From NCBI GenBank assembly GCA_051294375.1, contig CM119264.1:15969245-16033244 (forward strand): a stretch of 64,000 nt of DNA, in the 5' to 3' direction. The DNA is from Paraspadella gotoi. Taxonomy: Eukaryota; Animalia; Chaetognatha. Numbering within the stretch: the stretch's first letter is position 1; each line of letters opens with the position of its first letter. A model generated the notes under the pieces. The model did no database searches, was not told the DNA's origin, and was given only the letters and a program-made list of their open reading frames with translations. The position numbers were made by a program, and so were the translations under genes. Shown piece by piece: positions 26,380 through 38,938 of this stretch.

Positions 26380-26720
26380 AAGAAGAGGGCAGCCGGCAGA
26401 CATATCAGGTCAGATGAAGTAGCCCAAGGCATTTTTCCAAGAGGTCCATAAAATCTGGGAACTCAAGATCCAAATGACCTATGACATGCCAATGACCCGG
26501 TCACATCGTCACTGCTTTCCTTTGTCCAGAAGCGGGGGCCAGCTCTTCTCTTATTTTTTACTCTTTTCTCTTTAATGTAGTTTATTATTACTTTTACAAT
26601 TTATTACTTAAAATGATAATGTTTGCAAACTATTTTTTGCTCTTTTCTCTAACTCTCTTTTACTCTATATGTTTCTCTCTCTCTTCTTTCTCTCATAATC
26701 TCAAAAAATTAAATTGGTTT
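26380..26720 (+). mobile_element. Decayed Penelope-like 3' fragment
   Basis: GAGGGCAGCCGGCAG and CAATGACCCGGTCACATCGTCA...GGGGGCCAGCTC match 34600-34787. Confidence 0.65.
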
Positions 26721-28211
26721 AATTTGAATAGTGATGAAAAGCTTAAAATCAGGTGATCAGACGATAAGACATAACCCTGTCATGTTCAGAAACGACTACT
26801 TAAAAATATTAACAAGTATGGCTTTTATCGTATGCAATAGAATGGGCGCGCATAAAAACGTAGTTGCTTAAAAATTTCTTTTGTTTTATTGTATGTAAAA
26901 GTAAAAAGCCAGAAAAAACGTTTGCCACTAATTTTATTATTGTATCTCAAATCGTTCAGACAGGGCAGGATGTTAAGTTTTGTCTCGATATAGGGTCCCA
27001 CCCTTGTAACTTAGGTAAACTCTTTTTCCTAAAGAATTCTTCCTCGTCTAATCGTATATTTGCTTGAAGCTTGATTTGTATTTGAAAAGATATGACTTAC
27101 TATATTCATAATTTCATTTTAAAGAGATTTTAAAAATAAAAAAAATAATTTGTGTAACAGAAAAATAAGAATTATTGAACTTCTCTAAAAAAATTTTAGT
27201 TTTAAAAGAGTCTACAATTCCTCGACTATTGATGTATATTATATAAGAGGGAAAAATTTAATAACATATTTTAAATTATAAATAATAGAGGAATCAACTT
27301 CGTGATCTTAGTTTTAATAATGATGAAGACAGTGAGAAAGAAAGAGAGAATAAATATTTAATGAATGACCTAAGGTTTGAGTGTTTATATATTAGTACAA
27401 CCAATATAAAAATTATCCATTCATTTAATAAACTATCTTGCCCCTGACTTTGGAGCTCGTGAAAATGTGGTAAAATTTTGAAAAAGCAAGATATTGACTC
27501 AACCATACTTAATTTGTATGCACCAAATGAAAATAATAATTAAATGAAATATCTATATTAGTCCAATCGAATCTCGTGAAGAAAGGAGAATGCATTTCGC
27601 CAGAATCTTCCGATCGGAGCACCGGATTCTCAAATCCGAGTTCGCGTTTATACGAATAATGTATATTATAAATATGATTTTTAAATTCATGAAAATTTTT
27701 TTATTATTTTCAGAATCTACACTTGATAAAGTATAGGAAAACTCGAGAGGTAGAGCTTAATTCGCTAATCGATCCAGCTTAATAATCAATTAGTGAAAGT
27801 TTTTTTTTTATTTAAACTCATTTCCACTCAAACGATTCCATCGAAACTTCATATCCAGCTCAATAACACTTCCCTAACCATATACGAAATTTTTTGCTAA
27901 GGTGGAACGGACGGACGGACAGAGACGGACGGACAGAGTTTTTTTTTTGCATAATTTATCATAATTCGATGTTCTGACATGATATAGGTGAATGCCTGAC
28001 AAGATTGGGGGGGCGGACCGACGGACTGACAAAGTGAATTATTGAGTCAGGATCTGCTGATAAGCAGATCCGACTAAAAATAATTGGAAAAAAAAGGGAA
28101 AAAAAAACGTACAAGTTTAAAGGGTAATGGTAAATGGTAAAATTTTACTTACACCGACCGGGGATTTGACGTATTTTGAAAAAATATTTAAAAACTATTT
28201 AAAAAATCTTA

Positions 28212-29928
28212 AAAGCATAAGGATCGTCGCAATCGCATAAGAAAAATCTGGATTGACGACAAATTTTGAAACTAAAAAAAAGAAAATTTGAGAAAAGAAA
28301 ATTAAATTATAAACAGAAAGAAAAATTATATTTTGCGATTGTCAATTAAAAAAAATAATAAAGTACCTAGGAAAATTAAAGTTAGTTTCTGAAAAAAAAA
28401 AGGAAAAGTTTTTTTGTCATTGTTAATTGTCATTGATCAGCAGACGCAGCCCTTGAGAAAAAAAATTTGAGAAAAGAAAATTAATTTATAAACAGAAAGA
28501 AAAGTTCTATTTTGTCAATAAAATAAAGTACCAAAGAAAATTAAAGTTAGTTTCTGAAAAAAAAAAAAAACAACTTTTTCATTGTTAAAATATTAACTGA
28601 TAAGCAGACGCAGTCCCTAAGAAAACAAGTTTGAGCAAACAATGTCAGATCTGCCCACGATTTATTAATTAATAAATAATTAATTATTTAATTAATCAAT
28701 AATTAATTTATTCAAGTTAATTATTTAATTAATTTATGCAATTAAATTGATCCAAAATGTTTGTTTTGATTGATTAACTGATTAATTAATTTTTGATTAA
28801 TTAATTGACTAATTAATTAATTAACTAATTAATTATTTGATTAATTAATACATCTTGCATTTACATGTAAAATAAAAAGAAAAAGAAGCATAATCAATTA
28901 GTGAAACAGGTTCTTTGTATTTTCCATTTAAACTCATTTCCACTCAAACTATTCCATCGAAACTTGATTTCCAGTTTAATCACATACTTTTCCACCCAAA
29001 TACAAAATTTAAAGTCATTCGCCCCATCCACTCATGAGCAATTGGTGTTCAAATAGTGAAATATATTTTTTTGTTTTTTCCATTTAATCTCATTTCCACT
29101 CGGACGTTCCATCGAAACTTCATATCCAGCTCAATCACACACTTCCCTACCCACACACAAAATTTCATCCAATCCATCCATCCAATCACGAGTAATGGGT
29201 GTTTTTTGCTAAGGTGGGATGGACGGACAAGACGGACGGACATCGTTTTTTTTGCATAATTTATATAATTGATGTTCTGACATGATATAAGTGAATGCCC
29301 GACAAGATTGAGGGGGCCGGGACCGGACGGACCGACAAAGTGAATTATAGAGGATAAAACGGAATAAAAACCTGATGTTGCGATAGCAAAATGATAACAT
29401 GCACAAATGCGATGCTTAATTTTACGAGTTCAATCCTAATTCAATTTTTGATTTAAAAAAAAAAAAAAGCAGAGAGAGAGAGAGAGAAAAGAAGGAAATC
29501 AAAAGGCAGCAGCAGAAGCAGCAGGAGAAAAGAGAGAAAAAGAAAGAGCCCCTGCAGAGCCAGCTGCAGACTCGTTTTTTTCCCCTATGATTATTAATCA
29601 GTGTCTAGGGAAAAGAGAGAGGGAGAGAAACATGTAATTAAAAGAGAAAAGAGAGAGAGAAAGAAATATGAAAATAAAAGAGAGAAAATTTGTTTGTTTT
29701 GATAAAATGTAAACAAAACATATTTAATAACTGTCCAGACTCAATTTTAAGCACATCGAAGATGAGAAGCTGTATATAAATTTTCAGCTTCATACACCCA
29801 AATTTAATCATAAAAAAGGTGATTTATAATTTGGAACACCGACAACAACGCCGACGACAATGACGACACTTATGCGCAAAAGCGTTACAATATCGTCGCA
29901 AACGCTTAGCGATTGCAACGATAAAAAA
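28212..29928 (-). mobile_element. HINE-like family 2 containing a family-1 copy (28624-29350)
   Basis: Same termini and body as 18827-22700. Confidence 0.65.
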
Positions 29929-30079
29929 ATATTTACCTAATTACCCTAACCCTAAACCCTCCTAATCCTAACCACCCCTAACCCTTAATTACACCTAAAC
30001 CACCCTTAAAGTTAAACCCCCCTAACCGCGGTCGGCGAAAGTAAAATTATTTAAACAATTTTTTAGACATAACATTAAC

Positions 30080-30290
30080 CTATCGCAGTTAGTAGATTTG
30101 TCGCAGTAAGCAATTCGGGAGAGAGCTGAACTGGTGTTGGCGACGTCACGGGCTGATATTTTTGACACAGTACCAACTTCCTCAACGGCTGAGTAGCGCA
30201 TCACCTCCTTGAGAATAATGATAACGATGTTGTTGACCAGACGCTGAGAGACGCGGTCAGAATTTTCCAATGTAATCGGAATACTTTCGC
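30080..30290 (-). CDS. Exon 2 of receptor-like gene
   Basis: ttttcag acceptor, AG|GTTAAT donor, 211 bp, phases 1 and 2 consistent with neighbours; GESIPITLENSDRVSQRLVNNIVIIILKEVMRY...C...C. Confidence 0.8.
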
Positions 30291-30554
30291 CTGAAAAAAA
30301 TTTTAGGGCACTATTTTACTTTCGCCGACTGGAACCGAGCCGGTCGGTTATATATATATCGCATATATTACAAGGAAAGTAAAATTTGGTTAAGATTAAG
30401 GGTATTTAGGGTTAAGGGTGGTTACTGGTTAGGTTTAGGGGTGGTTAAGCATGCTAGGGTTAGGGGTGGTTAGGGGTAGCTAGTGTGTAAGTTGGTTAGG
30501 GTTTGTGACTGGTTACGGTCAAGGGTAGTTGGGGTAATATTCGAAAAAAACATA

Positions 30555-31138
30555 CTATCTAGGAAAAAAGTATATGACATTTTTAATATAGGATATCTAT
30601 TCGAAAACTTGTTTGATCTTAAAAAAATTAGAAGTTTTTAAATCTATATTAAATTTCTTTTCAGTAGCTTCCTTCCTTTTTTTTGTAGGTCAAATCGTTT
30701 AGAAATTAGAGGCAAAAAAATATTATTACTTCAAATGAAAAATATTTTAAAAAATCATATTTAGTTTTCCACCATTTTTAGTATATAGTTATTTGTTTTT
30801 ATTTCGAATAGATTTAGTTATTTTTTTAATTTTTTTTTAATTTGGCAATGCTAAAGGCCTTGTACCTCTTTTTGGTTCAAAAAAGTACGATTATAGCTTT
30901 CAGAAAAGAGGGAAAGATGCGCAACATCAATATCGGGGCTGAAAAAAATTATGTTAAAGATGTGGAAAAAAATTTCACTGTCATACCTCAATTTACTGTA
31001 TGAGAGCATGCCCAAACGAATGTAAGCAGTAGTCAATGCAGAAGAAAAGCATACCAAATATTGAAAATGTTTTACCCATATTTTGTATACTTTTTATTAA
31101 ATAAATGAATTATGTTATATACTTTTTTTCCTAGATAG
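30555..31138 (+). mobile_element. Internally deleted Tc1-like transposon
   Basis: ta|CTATCTAGGAAAAAAGTATA TIRs|ta; remnant LYESMPKRM*AVVNAEEKHTKY* matches the Tc1 transposase C-terminal motif. Confidence 0.85.
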
Positions 31139-31342
31139 TATTCTTTTTTTTGCATTTTTTTACGTTTGTGCCCATAAGCAGAAAAAAAATCAACGACCGG
31201 GAAGATCATAAACAGTAAATGTAGAATTTTTACCAATTTGAGCTAAGAAAAGGCATTCAAAACAATGTTTAACACTTCCAGTAGTTTCTGAAATTTAAGA
31301 TACCCTGGTACAAGATATCCCTAAATCTATACTAAAAATTAC

Positions 31343-31514
31343 CCCTGTAAAACAGTTGCAGAGTTCTGTTATCTTCAACCCATGTCTTGAATTGCTCATC
31401 ATTTGATTCCAAAATACCACAACGTCCATTCGTCAGTTGCGAACGAGTCGAAGGAGCGTGTCCGCCGACGACGTTGCTTAGTATATATATGGCAAGCAAA
31501 GCGAATGGGAACAT
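31343..31514 (-). CDS. First coding exon of receptor-like gene (signal peptide)
   Basis: MFPFALLAIYILSNVVGG hydrophobic leader; G|GTAAT donor in phase 1 joins exon 2 in frame. Confidence 0.75.
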
Positions 31515-33432
31515 TTTTTTAACACCGAAAAGTTTTTAATAGCGATCTTCCAGTATTATTCACATTGTAGGTATATTTTAATTTTTTTTTATTTAATAGA
31601 AAGACTTCTTTACTCCGCGTTTATTTTCTCAGTTTGGCATATGGAAGAGGTAAAAAAGGTAGTTGACTTTTTCACAGGTTAATTTTCGAGTGACAATTAC
31701 GAGCTTCCTGCCGATTTTTAAATTGATTGCGATCCCTGAGGTTCTTTGGTAAGTTTTTAAATTTTGTCTGGCAGTTATTTTTTTTCTTGGCAGTTTCCAA
31801 GATGTCCATGAGATGAAAATCATGAATATAAAAAGTTTACGAACACAGTCAGCAGAGTCGACGATGGATGAAGCGAAGAAAAATCCAGTATAACGACAAA
31901 ACGACGTTAAAAAGCGAAATTATACATAGATATATATAAATTTTATATATATTGTATTTTCATGGATATTGACTGGGATTTTTTTGGTTTCGATTCTGGC
32001 AACGAAAAATCTCCGCGCTTCCGGGAAGAAGAAACCGGTCCACGGAGTGATGAATCGAGGATAAAGAAAAGGGCGTTGATCAACTAAACGAAGGATGAAA
32101 GTTAATCCGGGTTGCGATGTGCGTGAATGGGGGAAGAATACAATTTCACTCGAAATTTCTCCATGCTGGCGGAACAGAAACCGAAAATTGTTGCTTATAA
32201 TAGTAAAATCCTAAAAATAAAGAAGAACAGGGAGATCCAGCTCTTTTGGGACTAACTTCAAGTGCTTACAGCACAGAAACGGTTTCAGATAGAAGATAAA
32301 ATCTTAAAAGTATCTCGCCAGACGTTACTATCAAAGAAAATTAATAAACAAGTTTGAGCAAACAATGACGGATCTGCCTACGATAATTAATTAATTAATC
32401 GATTAATTAATAAATTTTAATATGTAATAATTAATTTTAAATTTATATTCAACTTATCATCATCGATGTCCTTAAAATTGGGTTAGGACAGTTATTAAAT
32501 ATGTTTTGTTTACATTTTATCAAAACAAAATAATATCCTCTATTTTATTTTATGTCTCCTTCTCTCTCTCTCTCTATCTCTCACTCTCTCTCTCTCTCTT
32601 TTTATACAATTGCAACGATCTTTATGCTTTTAAGAATTTTTTAACTTGCATCATTTTTTCACATTAATTAATTAATTAATTAAAACATTTATTAATAATC
32701 ATTAGCTTTCTGGAAATATTTTTTTTCCTTTCGATTATGTTAGGAAGGTGTTTAAAAATGATCGAGAACGTAGTGTATCAAGATGGATTCAGATTTTTAA
32801 AAACGTTCACCCAAGTGATCACACACATATATACTTTAATTTAAAACCCCTTTTCGATTTGAAATTCTCAACATGAGAGATCCCGGTCGATTTTATCTGG
32901 CTCCTAAATTATGCAAATTAGCTTACGATCGAATTTGTCAGATAACGATGACGCTCTTTATTCGCGTAATTTTAAACGTTTTATTATTGTAATATAATCA
33001 ATAATTGAATATTTTAGTTTTTAGAATATATATTTTATAAATATAAATAGTTTATAGTATTTATACTAATATAACTAAGACAAAATAGCAATTAAATGAG
33101 AGCTTGAATGCTTTTTTTTCTTACCAAAATGAGATTTTTACATAAAATAAAATATTAACTATTTTGCTTGCTTAGGTTCCTTAATACATATAATATAATA
33201 TAAATTTCATTATAAATTGTATAATTCATTCGTTTAAGTTACCATTATACGTGCTTTAATAAATAGGTAAATATGGAAAAACTTGATAACAAAGATTAAA
33301 ATAACCAATAAAAATAAAATTTAAAAAAAAAAAATAATACTAATTATAATATTATCAAAAATATAAAATAATATTATTATAATATTTAAGAATTTAATAG
33401 ACATTGTGTAGGAGACGAATGGTCAAATTCCA

Positions 33433-34734
33433 ATGCTCGATGTGCTTATAAAGCGCAGAGAGGGCGGCTCATTGGAATTTTCAGTATATCGCAAACCGAC
33501 CCACACTGACCAATATATTCCCTTCGATTCGCATGCTCCCTTGTCACACAAGCTCGCCACGGTCAGGTCCCTTACCAGGAGAGCTCAACTGATTCCGTCG
33601 ACCCCCGAGCTCCAGGCCGCCGAGCTTGAGCATGTCAAAAGAGCCTTGGCGCTCAATGGTTACCCTCTGTGGGCATTCGAGAAGGCCAGGTTTCGGCTGA
33701 ACCAAGCTGAGGGCAGTGGCCACCAAGGGGCTGCCCAAGTAACCGCTGACGCAAGCTCAACCTCCGCCCCCCAGGAGGAAGAGCGAGGCCTTGCTGCCGA
33801 AGTACCAACAGCGCCCACCACAGCGCAACCGGGAGATAAGCAGAAGCGTCTCAAGACCGTAGGTCACTTGTCCCTCCCCTACCACCAGGGGATCACTGAA
33901 GCTTTGGTGCGGGTGCTAGCAAAGCAGGGGATCTCCACTTCAGTGACGACCCGCGGCTCTTTACGTGAGCAATTGGTGAAACCGAAAGACAAAATCCCCA
34001 GACCGAAAACATCAGGAGCCGTCTATTGGGCGGCCTGTGCAGGGGCGGGCAACCAAGCCTGCACAGCAGCATACGTGGGTGAGACAGGGAAGTCTCTATC
34101 AGATCGGTTCCAACAGCACAAGAAGCCGTATAAAGACAGTCGAGGCCACTACCTGTCGGCCATAGCAGAACATTCGGCCAATACGGGCCATCTGTTTAGA
34201 GAAACTGACTGTCTCATGCTGTCCCATGACCAAAACTGGTTCTCAAGAGGTATTAGAGAGGCAATTTACATCAAAGCCCTCGAGCCCTCTCTGAACCGTG
34301 ATGGAGGACGATTCGAGCTCCCTCCAAGCTACGATTCGCTCATCAAGTTGGCGGTGGAACACCCTACACCACCCCAACCGCACGGTGATTCCCCTGTCCC
34401 CACTCAACGGGTCAGGCGGAGGCCTCTCAGCAGGCAATGGACGTCCGATGCCTCTCCTGAGCCTACAGCAACTTGGTGTGACCCTTCTCACACTGAGCGT
34501 CGACCAAAACGACGGCTGCAGGAGGAAGGAGAGGAGTCTGTATCACCTGCATCCAAGCAGGCAAGAACAGGCAATCGCCCACCTCACCGGCAGGTGAGAG
34601 GAGGGCAGTCGGCAGGCTTATCAGGCCAAAGAGATATTCGAGTGGCACTCGGCATCTTCCCAAGTGGATCACTACCCGATCCCAGGGTGTCGAACTCTAC
34701 AAAAATATCTTCTCAGCCTTTGACAGGTCAATGA
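33433..34734 (+). CDS. Penelope RT thumb + GIY-YIG endonuclease (truncated ORF)
   Basis: IPMLDV, VYRKPTHTDQY, NGYP, LPY, GAVY..C..C..AYVGETG..L..RF..H, SAIAEH, REAIYI..PSLNRDGG. Confidence 0.93.
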   Translation: MLDVLIKRREGGSLEFSVYRKPTHTDQYIPFDSHAPLSHKLATVRSLTRRAQLIPSTPELQAAELEHVKRALALNGYPLWAFEKARFRLNQAEGSGHQGAAQVTADASSTSAPQEEERGLAAEVPTAPTTAQPGDKQKRLKTVGHLSLPYHQGITEALVRVLAKQGISTSVTTRGSLREQLVKPKDKIPRPKTSGAVYWAACAGAGNQACTAAYVGETGKSLSDRFQQHKKPYKDSRGHYLSAIAEHSANTGHLFRETDCLMLSHDQNWFSRGIREAIYIKALEPSLNRDGGRFELPPSYDSLIKLAVEHPTPPQPHGDSPVPTQRVRRRPLSRQWTSDASPEPTATWCDPSHTERRPKRRLQEEGEESVSPASKQARTGNRPPHRQVRGGQSAGLSGQRDIRVALGIFPSGSLPDPRVSNSTKISSQPLTGQ

Positions 34735-34969
34735 CCCGATCACATCGTCAACGTCCCCCATTTGCCGGCCGGGGGGGGGCCAGCTCAATTTGAGCTTCTT
34801 TCCTAACTTAATTTTAACTAAAATCTTTACTTACCTATCCCTCACCACTTATTCTTCAAATTTCACTTTCACTTATACTCCATTAGTTAAATCAACTATT
34901 TATTATTATTTGTTATTATTCATTTAGTTTACTGATTCATTTATCTTTGTTGTACATTTCAAAATGTAA

Positions 34970-35005
<36 letters not shown>

Positions 35006-35099
35006 CACCATTTCAAAATCAACTTATTTCCCCTTTCTCCTGTCCTTACCTTCACCTGTCCTGAATTCTGACCACTGTCCTTTCTCAATTCTTTGTTGG

Positions 35100-35143
<44 letters not shown>

Positions 35144-35180
35144 ATCCCCAACTTTATGATTGTGAAAAATACAACTGTCA

Positions 35181-35225
35181 AATGCTGATGAAGACTCGAA
35201 AAACAAGAGTCGAAACATGTCCAAT
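35181..35225 (+). ncRNA. Minimal hammerhead ribozyme of the PLE
   Basis: CTGATGA-A-GACTC gaaaaacaa GAGTC-GAAAC-AT-GTC; stem I AATG/CAAT has one mismatch. Confidence 0.85.
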
Positions 35226-35937
35226 ATTTTGTAAATAAAAATCGTTGTAAAAAATACTAAAACTTTCGTTTTCGAATCTGCTAAGAATTTAATAATAATA
35301 ATTAATAAAAAAATTATTTAAAAAATTACTGCAAAGAAAGAATTTAAATTATTTAAAATTATTAATGAATATTTTTCTATATTTTTTAAAGTAATTTTTA
35401 GTCAACTATTCTTAACAGGAAATTTTGGTTTTATTCTTTCGGTTTCGTTACGTAAGTAGTATTAAAAAATAAATTTTGTTTTCAGAAACAAAACAAAAAC
35501 AGGAAATTTTAAATTTTTAGAACACAAGCTTGGAAAGCAGGGCAATTTTAGTGGTTAGTCTAATCTTACTTCATATACTCATAATAACAGACTTTTACAT
35601 AAAACTGATAATCATAATATTTGAAAAATATTTTTCTCTTCAACGAAACAAAGATTAAATAAAATTCTAAAAGTTAAAAGCTAAAAACTGAAAGCTAAAA
35701 ACTGAAAGCTAAATGTCATTAATTTGATAAATTCTTAGTATATACAAATTATACATATAGATAAGTGAAAAGGATCCATTCAATATCAGAATCAATGATT
35801 TAAGTATATTATGTTTGAATGATCAGGAAGAAAATTAAATACGATCTAATAAATATTACTAAATTTGAATACATATACAAATACATAGATTGGACGATTG
35901 GATCCTTTTTGTGTTTGAGGTGGTATAAATAACTGTC

Positions 35938-36169
35938 TGAAGAGACAGTAATTATTGTTGTGTTAGTGACAGAACCGTTCAATATAAGCAGTCCCTGAGC
36001 TTCGGATCAGGCTGTAATACCAGGTTACAGGCGGGTTAAGCGCTCCGTCCCTCTTAACTGCCAGACGACCACCGGGCTAGAACCCCGGACCTTTGGGTTG
36101 GGAGGCGAATGACTTGCCTCCGGCACCAATGGCCGCTGATTAACGGTTGGTGGATTTTAGTCCACCATA
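35938..36169 (-). mobile_element. Solo-LTR-like unit with tRNA-like head and twister, family A copy 1
   Basis: 232 bp, TA...CA on the minus strand, 4-bp TSD TGTC; tRNA-like segment 36065-36136. Confidence 0.85.
35988..36061 (-). ncRNA. Twister ribozyme-like motif, type P5, family A
   Basis: GCAGTT AA GAGG GA CGG AGCGCT TAA CCC GC CTGTAA-loop-TTACAG CCTGA T CCG AA GC TCAGG GACTGC; predicted cleavage between 36038 and 36037. Confidence 0.82.
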
Positions 36170-36766
36170 TGTCTCTATTAATTTGTTTAATTTTCTAATC
36201 ATAATCAAAAAACTACTTTCATTTATAAAAGAAAACAGAGAACTTTTGAGAGGGAAAACTTAACTTCCAAGATTTTAAAGAATTGCTTTTGTTTTATAAA
36301 TTTTTTAAATCAAACCTGTCAATTAATTATAAAATTAATCAAAACCTATTGTCTGTAAATAATGATAGATTGCTTTGTTAATTTTTCAATTTTTCAAAAG
36401 TGAGTGAACAAATTATGATTAAAAACAATATGAATAATGATACATTTAATTGTTAACAACAATGATGAAGGCTAACAATTAGTTGGAAAATGTCCGTTTT
36501 TATGTAAAAACATTATGTCGTTATTGTTAACCATTAAAAAGTTATTATTTCGTCTCTAAATCAAACAACAAATGAAAATAAATAATACAAGGACTAAAAC
36601 TAAAAAAAAATCTGAGATAATTTTTATAATTGAAAAAAAAGGTTGACTATGGATGCTCAAACCCTCATTCATCCTTAATTATTGGCCTATTAATAGTTTT
36701 AAAAAATGAAACTATAGTACATAGGAAAAATGGCTTTTATATTATAATAATAGTTTCAGAAGAAGG

Positions 36767-37000
36767 TGAAGAGACAGTTATTATTGTTATGTGCTAGTAA
36801 CAGAACCTTTCAATATAAGCAGTCCCTGAGCTTTGGATCAGGCTGTAACACCGTGTTACAGGCGGGTTAAGCGCCCCGTCCCTCTTAACTGCTAGGCGGC
36901 CACCGGGCTAGAACCCTGGACCTATGGGTTGAGAGGCGAATGACTTGCCTCCGGCACCAATGACCGCTGATGAACGGTTGGTGGATTTCAGTCCACCATA
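36767..37000 (-). mobile_element. Family A solo-LTR-like copy 2
   Basis: Homologous to 35938-36169, with its own 4-bp TSD AAGG. Confidence 0.85.
36819..36892 (-). ncRNA. Twister-like motif, family A copy 2
   Basis: Same fold; T1 loop CCA versus CGG (one mismatch), P1 GGCGCT, P3 CTGTAACA/TGTTACAG. Confidence 0.75.
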
Positions 37001-38938
37001 AAGGGGATAAAATTGTAATCAAATCATATCTGTTTAAAGCATTTATGTTTTTGTATAAACATTGTCATTGTTAAAAAAATTTCATCTTTTATTAAATATT
37101 AATTATATTTATTGTTATTTATCATTTGACTACATAAGATCATATTTTATATTAATTTCTCTTTAAATATATGTTCAGACTGAATTTCAGTACAGCTAAA
37201 CAAAAAATAGCGATTAATTTCTAAAATGTTTTCCTATCATTTAAGTAAACAGACAGGGATTTCAATATGAAACCAAAGTGGAATTTTATTCTCAGAAAAT
37301 AGACAAGAGAAGACGGTGTCAATTTTCAAACAGAGTGAATCAAAGCAGAAACAGAGGCTATTTATAATGGGCAAGTAGACGAAGCCAGATTCCTCTTCCG
37401 GAATCCTCCTCTTCCTCTTCTGGAACCTTCTTTTCCTCTTCCGGAAACTATTGTTCCTTTTCTGGATTTGGCTTCCAAAATCCCGTTCGAAATCATTCCA
37501 GAATCTTCTTCCTCTTCCGGAATCCTCTTCCTTAATCCTTTCCTCTGTTTCCGGGTTTCATTCATCTGTGATGCTATAAAAAACAGAAAAAAACTATTAA
37601 AAATCACAACATGCAGCTACTAAAAACTCATAAAATTATTAAGCATTATGAAGTTATTAATAAAACATAGAAAATATTATTAATAATACATATGTTATTA
37701 AAAAAACTTACTTAACTCATCGTCAGATTTCACAGGGAAAAGATGCTCTTTTTATGAAAAATTCGCGAATATCCGCCAGGTTCGCTAGTATCTTTTGTTC
37801 TATTTGACCGGCTTGACCGGTCTTTAACATTAAAAAGATACGAAATGACGTATTCGATCTCGGGATCTCTTATGTTCGATGCATTAAACTTAAATATTTT
37901 TATACGAAAATTATTTATTTATACGTCTGATTAAGTGTGCAAACGTTTTTTATGAAACTCGATGTCTGTATATTACTAACTTTTGGGTCTACGAGAAGTT
38001 TGGCGACTTATTCAGTGATTGAGTAGGAAATAAAGTTTTGATGGAATCGTCCAGATGGAAATGAGTAAAAATAGAAAAACTATTTTATACGTGAAATTAG
38101 TACAACCAATATAAAAATTATCCATTCATTTAATAAATGAACAGACTTTGGTAGTTTAAGGCCTCCATCACTCTTAAAAGATAATGACATAGCAGTTCCA
38201 TGCAAGCTTTCAATGTCATATGATAAGAACGATAAAAACCTTATTTTTCATGACAAAAAAAAAAATTTAAAATTTTAAAATGCAAAAGAACGCATTTGGA
38301 TTCCTTGCAAAAAGTTTCTAAAAGAAAGTATAATTCTTTTTTGAAAAACATTTCATTAAGTTGGTCAAAAATATAAAAAACTATATTTAAGATGCCGATT
38401 TTTAATTTCCAGTTTAAAAATATAGTTTTTTGTAATTTTAACTTACTTAATGACATAATTTTTGAAAAAGATTTATATTTTCTTTTAACAACTTTTTATG
38501 AGGAATCTGAATCTGTTCTCAGAATTTTGAAAAAACCATTTTGAAATTTTAACATTATATAAGGCTAGTACAAAAAGGCTATACAAAATAAGCTGACTGG
38601 GTTACAAGAAAATAAAAAAAAAACAAAAAAAAACTACAGATAAGTATTCACTAATATGATAGTTTGGCTTCAAGTTTGGCTTACAGATTAAGAAATATAA
38701 TAAAAATTTACATGGGTAAGCTTCGCCACGTTAACTTGCACCGTATCTACACATAATATTATATTTATTTAAAAAATTGGATAGATAAATTGAAATGAAA
38801 TTTTGTGTATAGGTACTGGGTAGGAAAGTGGAAATGAGTGGAAAAGAGTTTAAAATATAAAACCAAAAGACACATTTATTTCAATTTTTAAAAGTTTCTC
38901 TCTATCTCTCTCTGGTATAATTGATTGAAAGATTGATT

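Larger units (their letters stand above)
33405..35285 (+). mobile_element. 5'-truncated Penelope-like retroelement
   Basis: RT C-terminus plus GIY-YIG ORF, followed by a pLTR tail with hammerhead. Confidence 0.92.

Noticed and set aside
36065-36136. tRNA-like segments (also ~13562, ~40035, ~60400) as real tRNA genes
   Set aside because: D and anticodon arms do not pair properly and all lie inside mobile elements
36455-36500. Hammerhead-like ATGATGAAGGCTAAC..GTTGGAAAATGTCCG
   Set aside because: Core and stem III are disrupted; only a remnant
35938-37000. The two family A copies as one complete TRIM
   Set aside because: Each copy has its own TSD, no PBS follows either, and the spacer is unrelated AT-rich and PLE debris
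37362-37790. Minus-strand ORF with splice-like signals
   Set aside because: Low-complexity repeat-derived peptide; no consistent frame across the candidate exons
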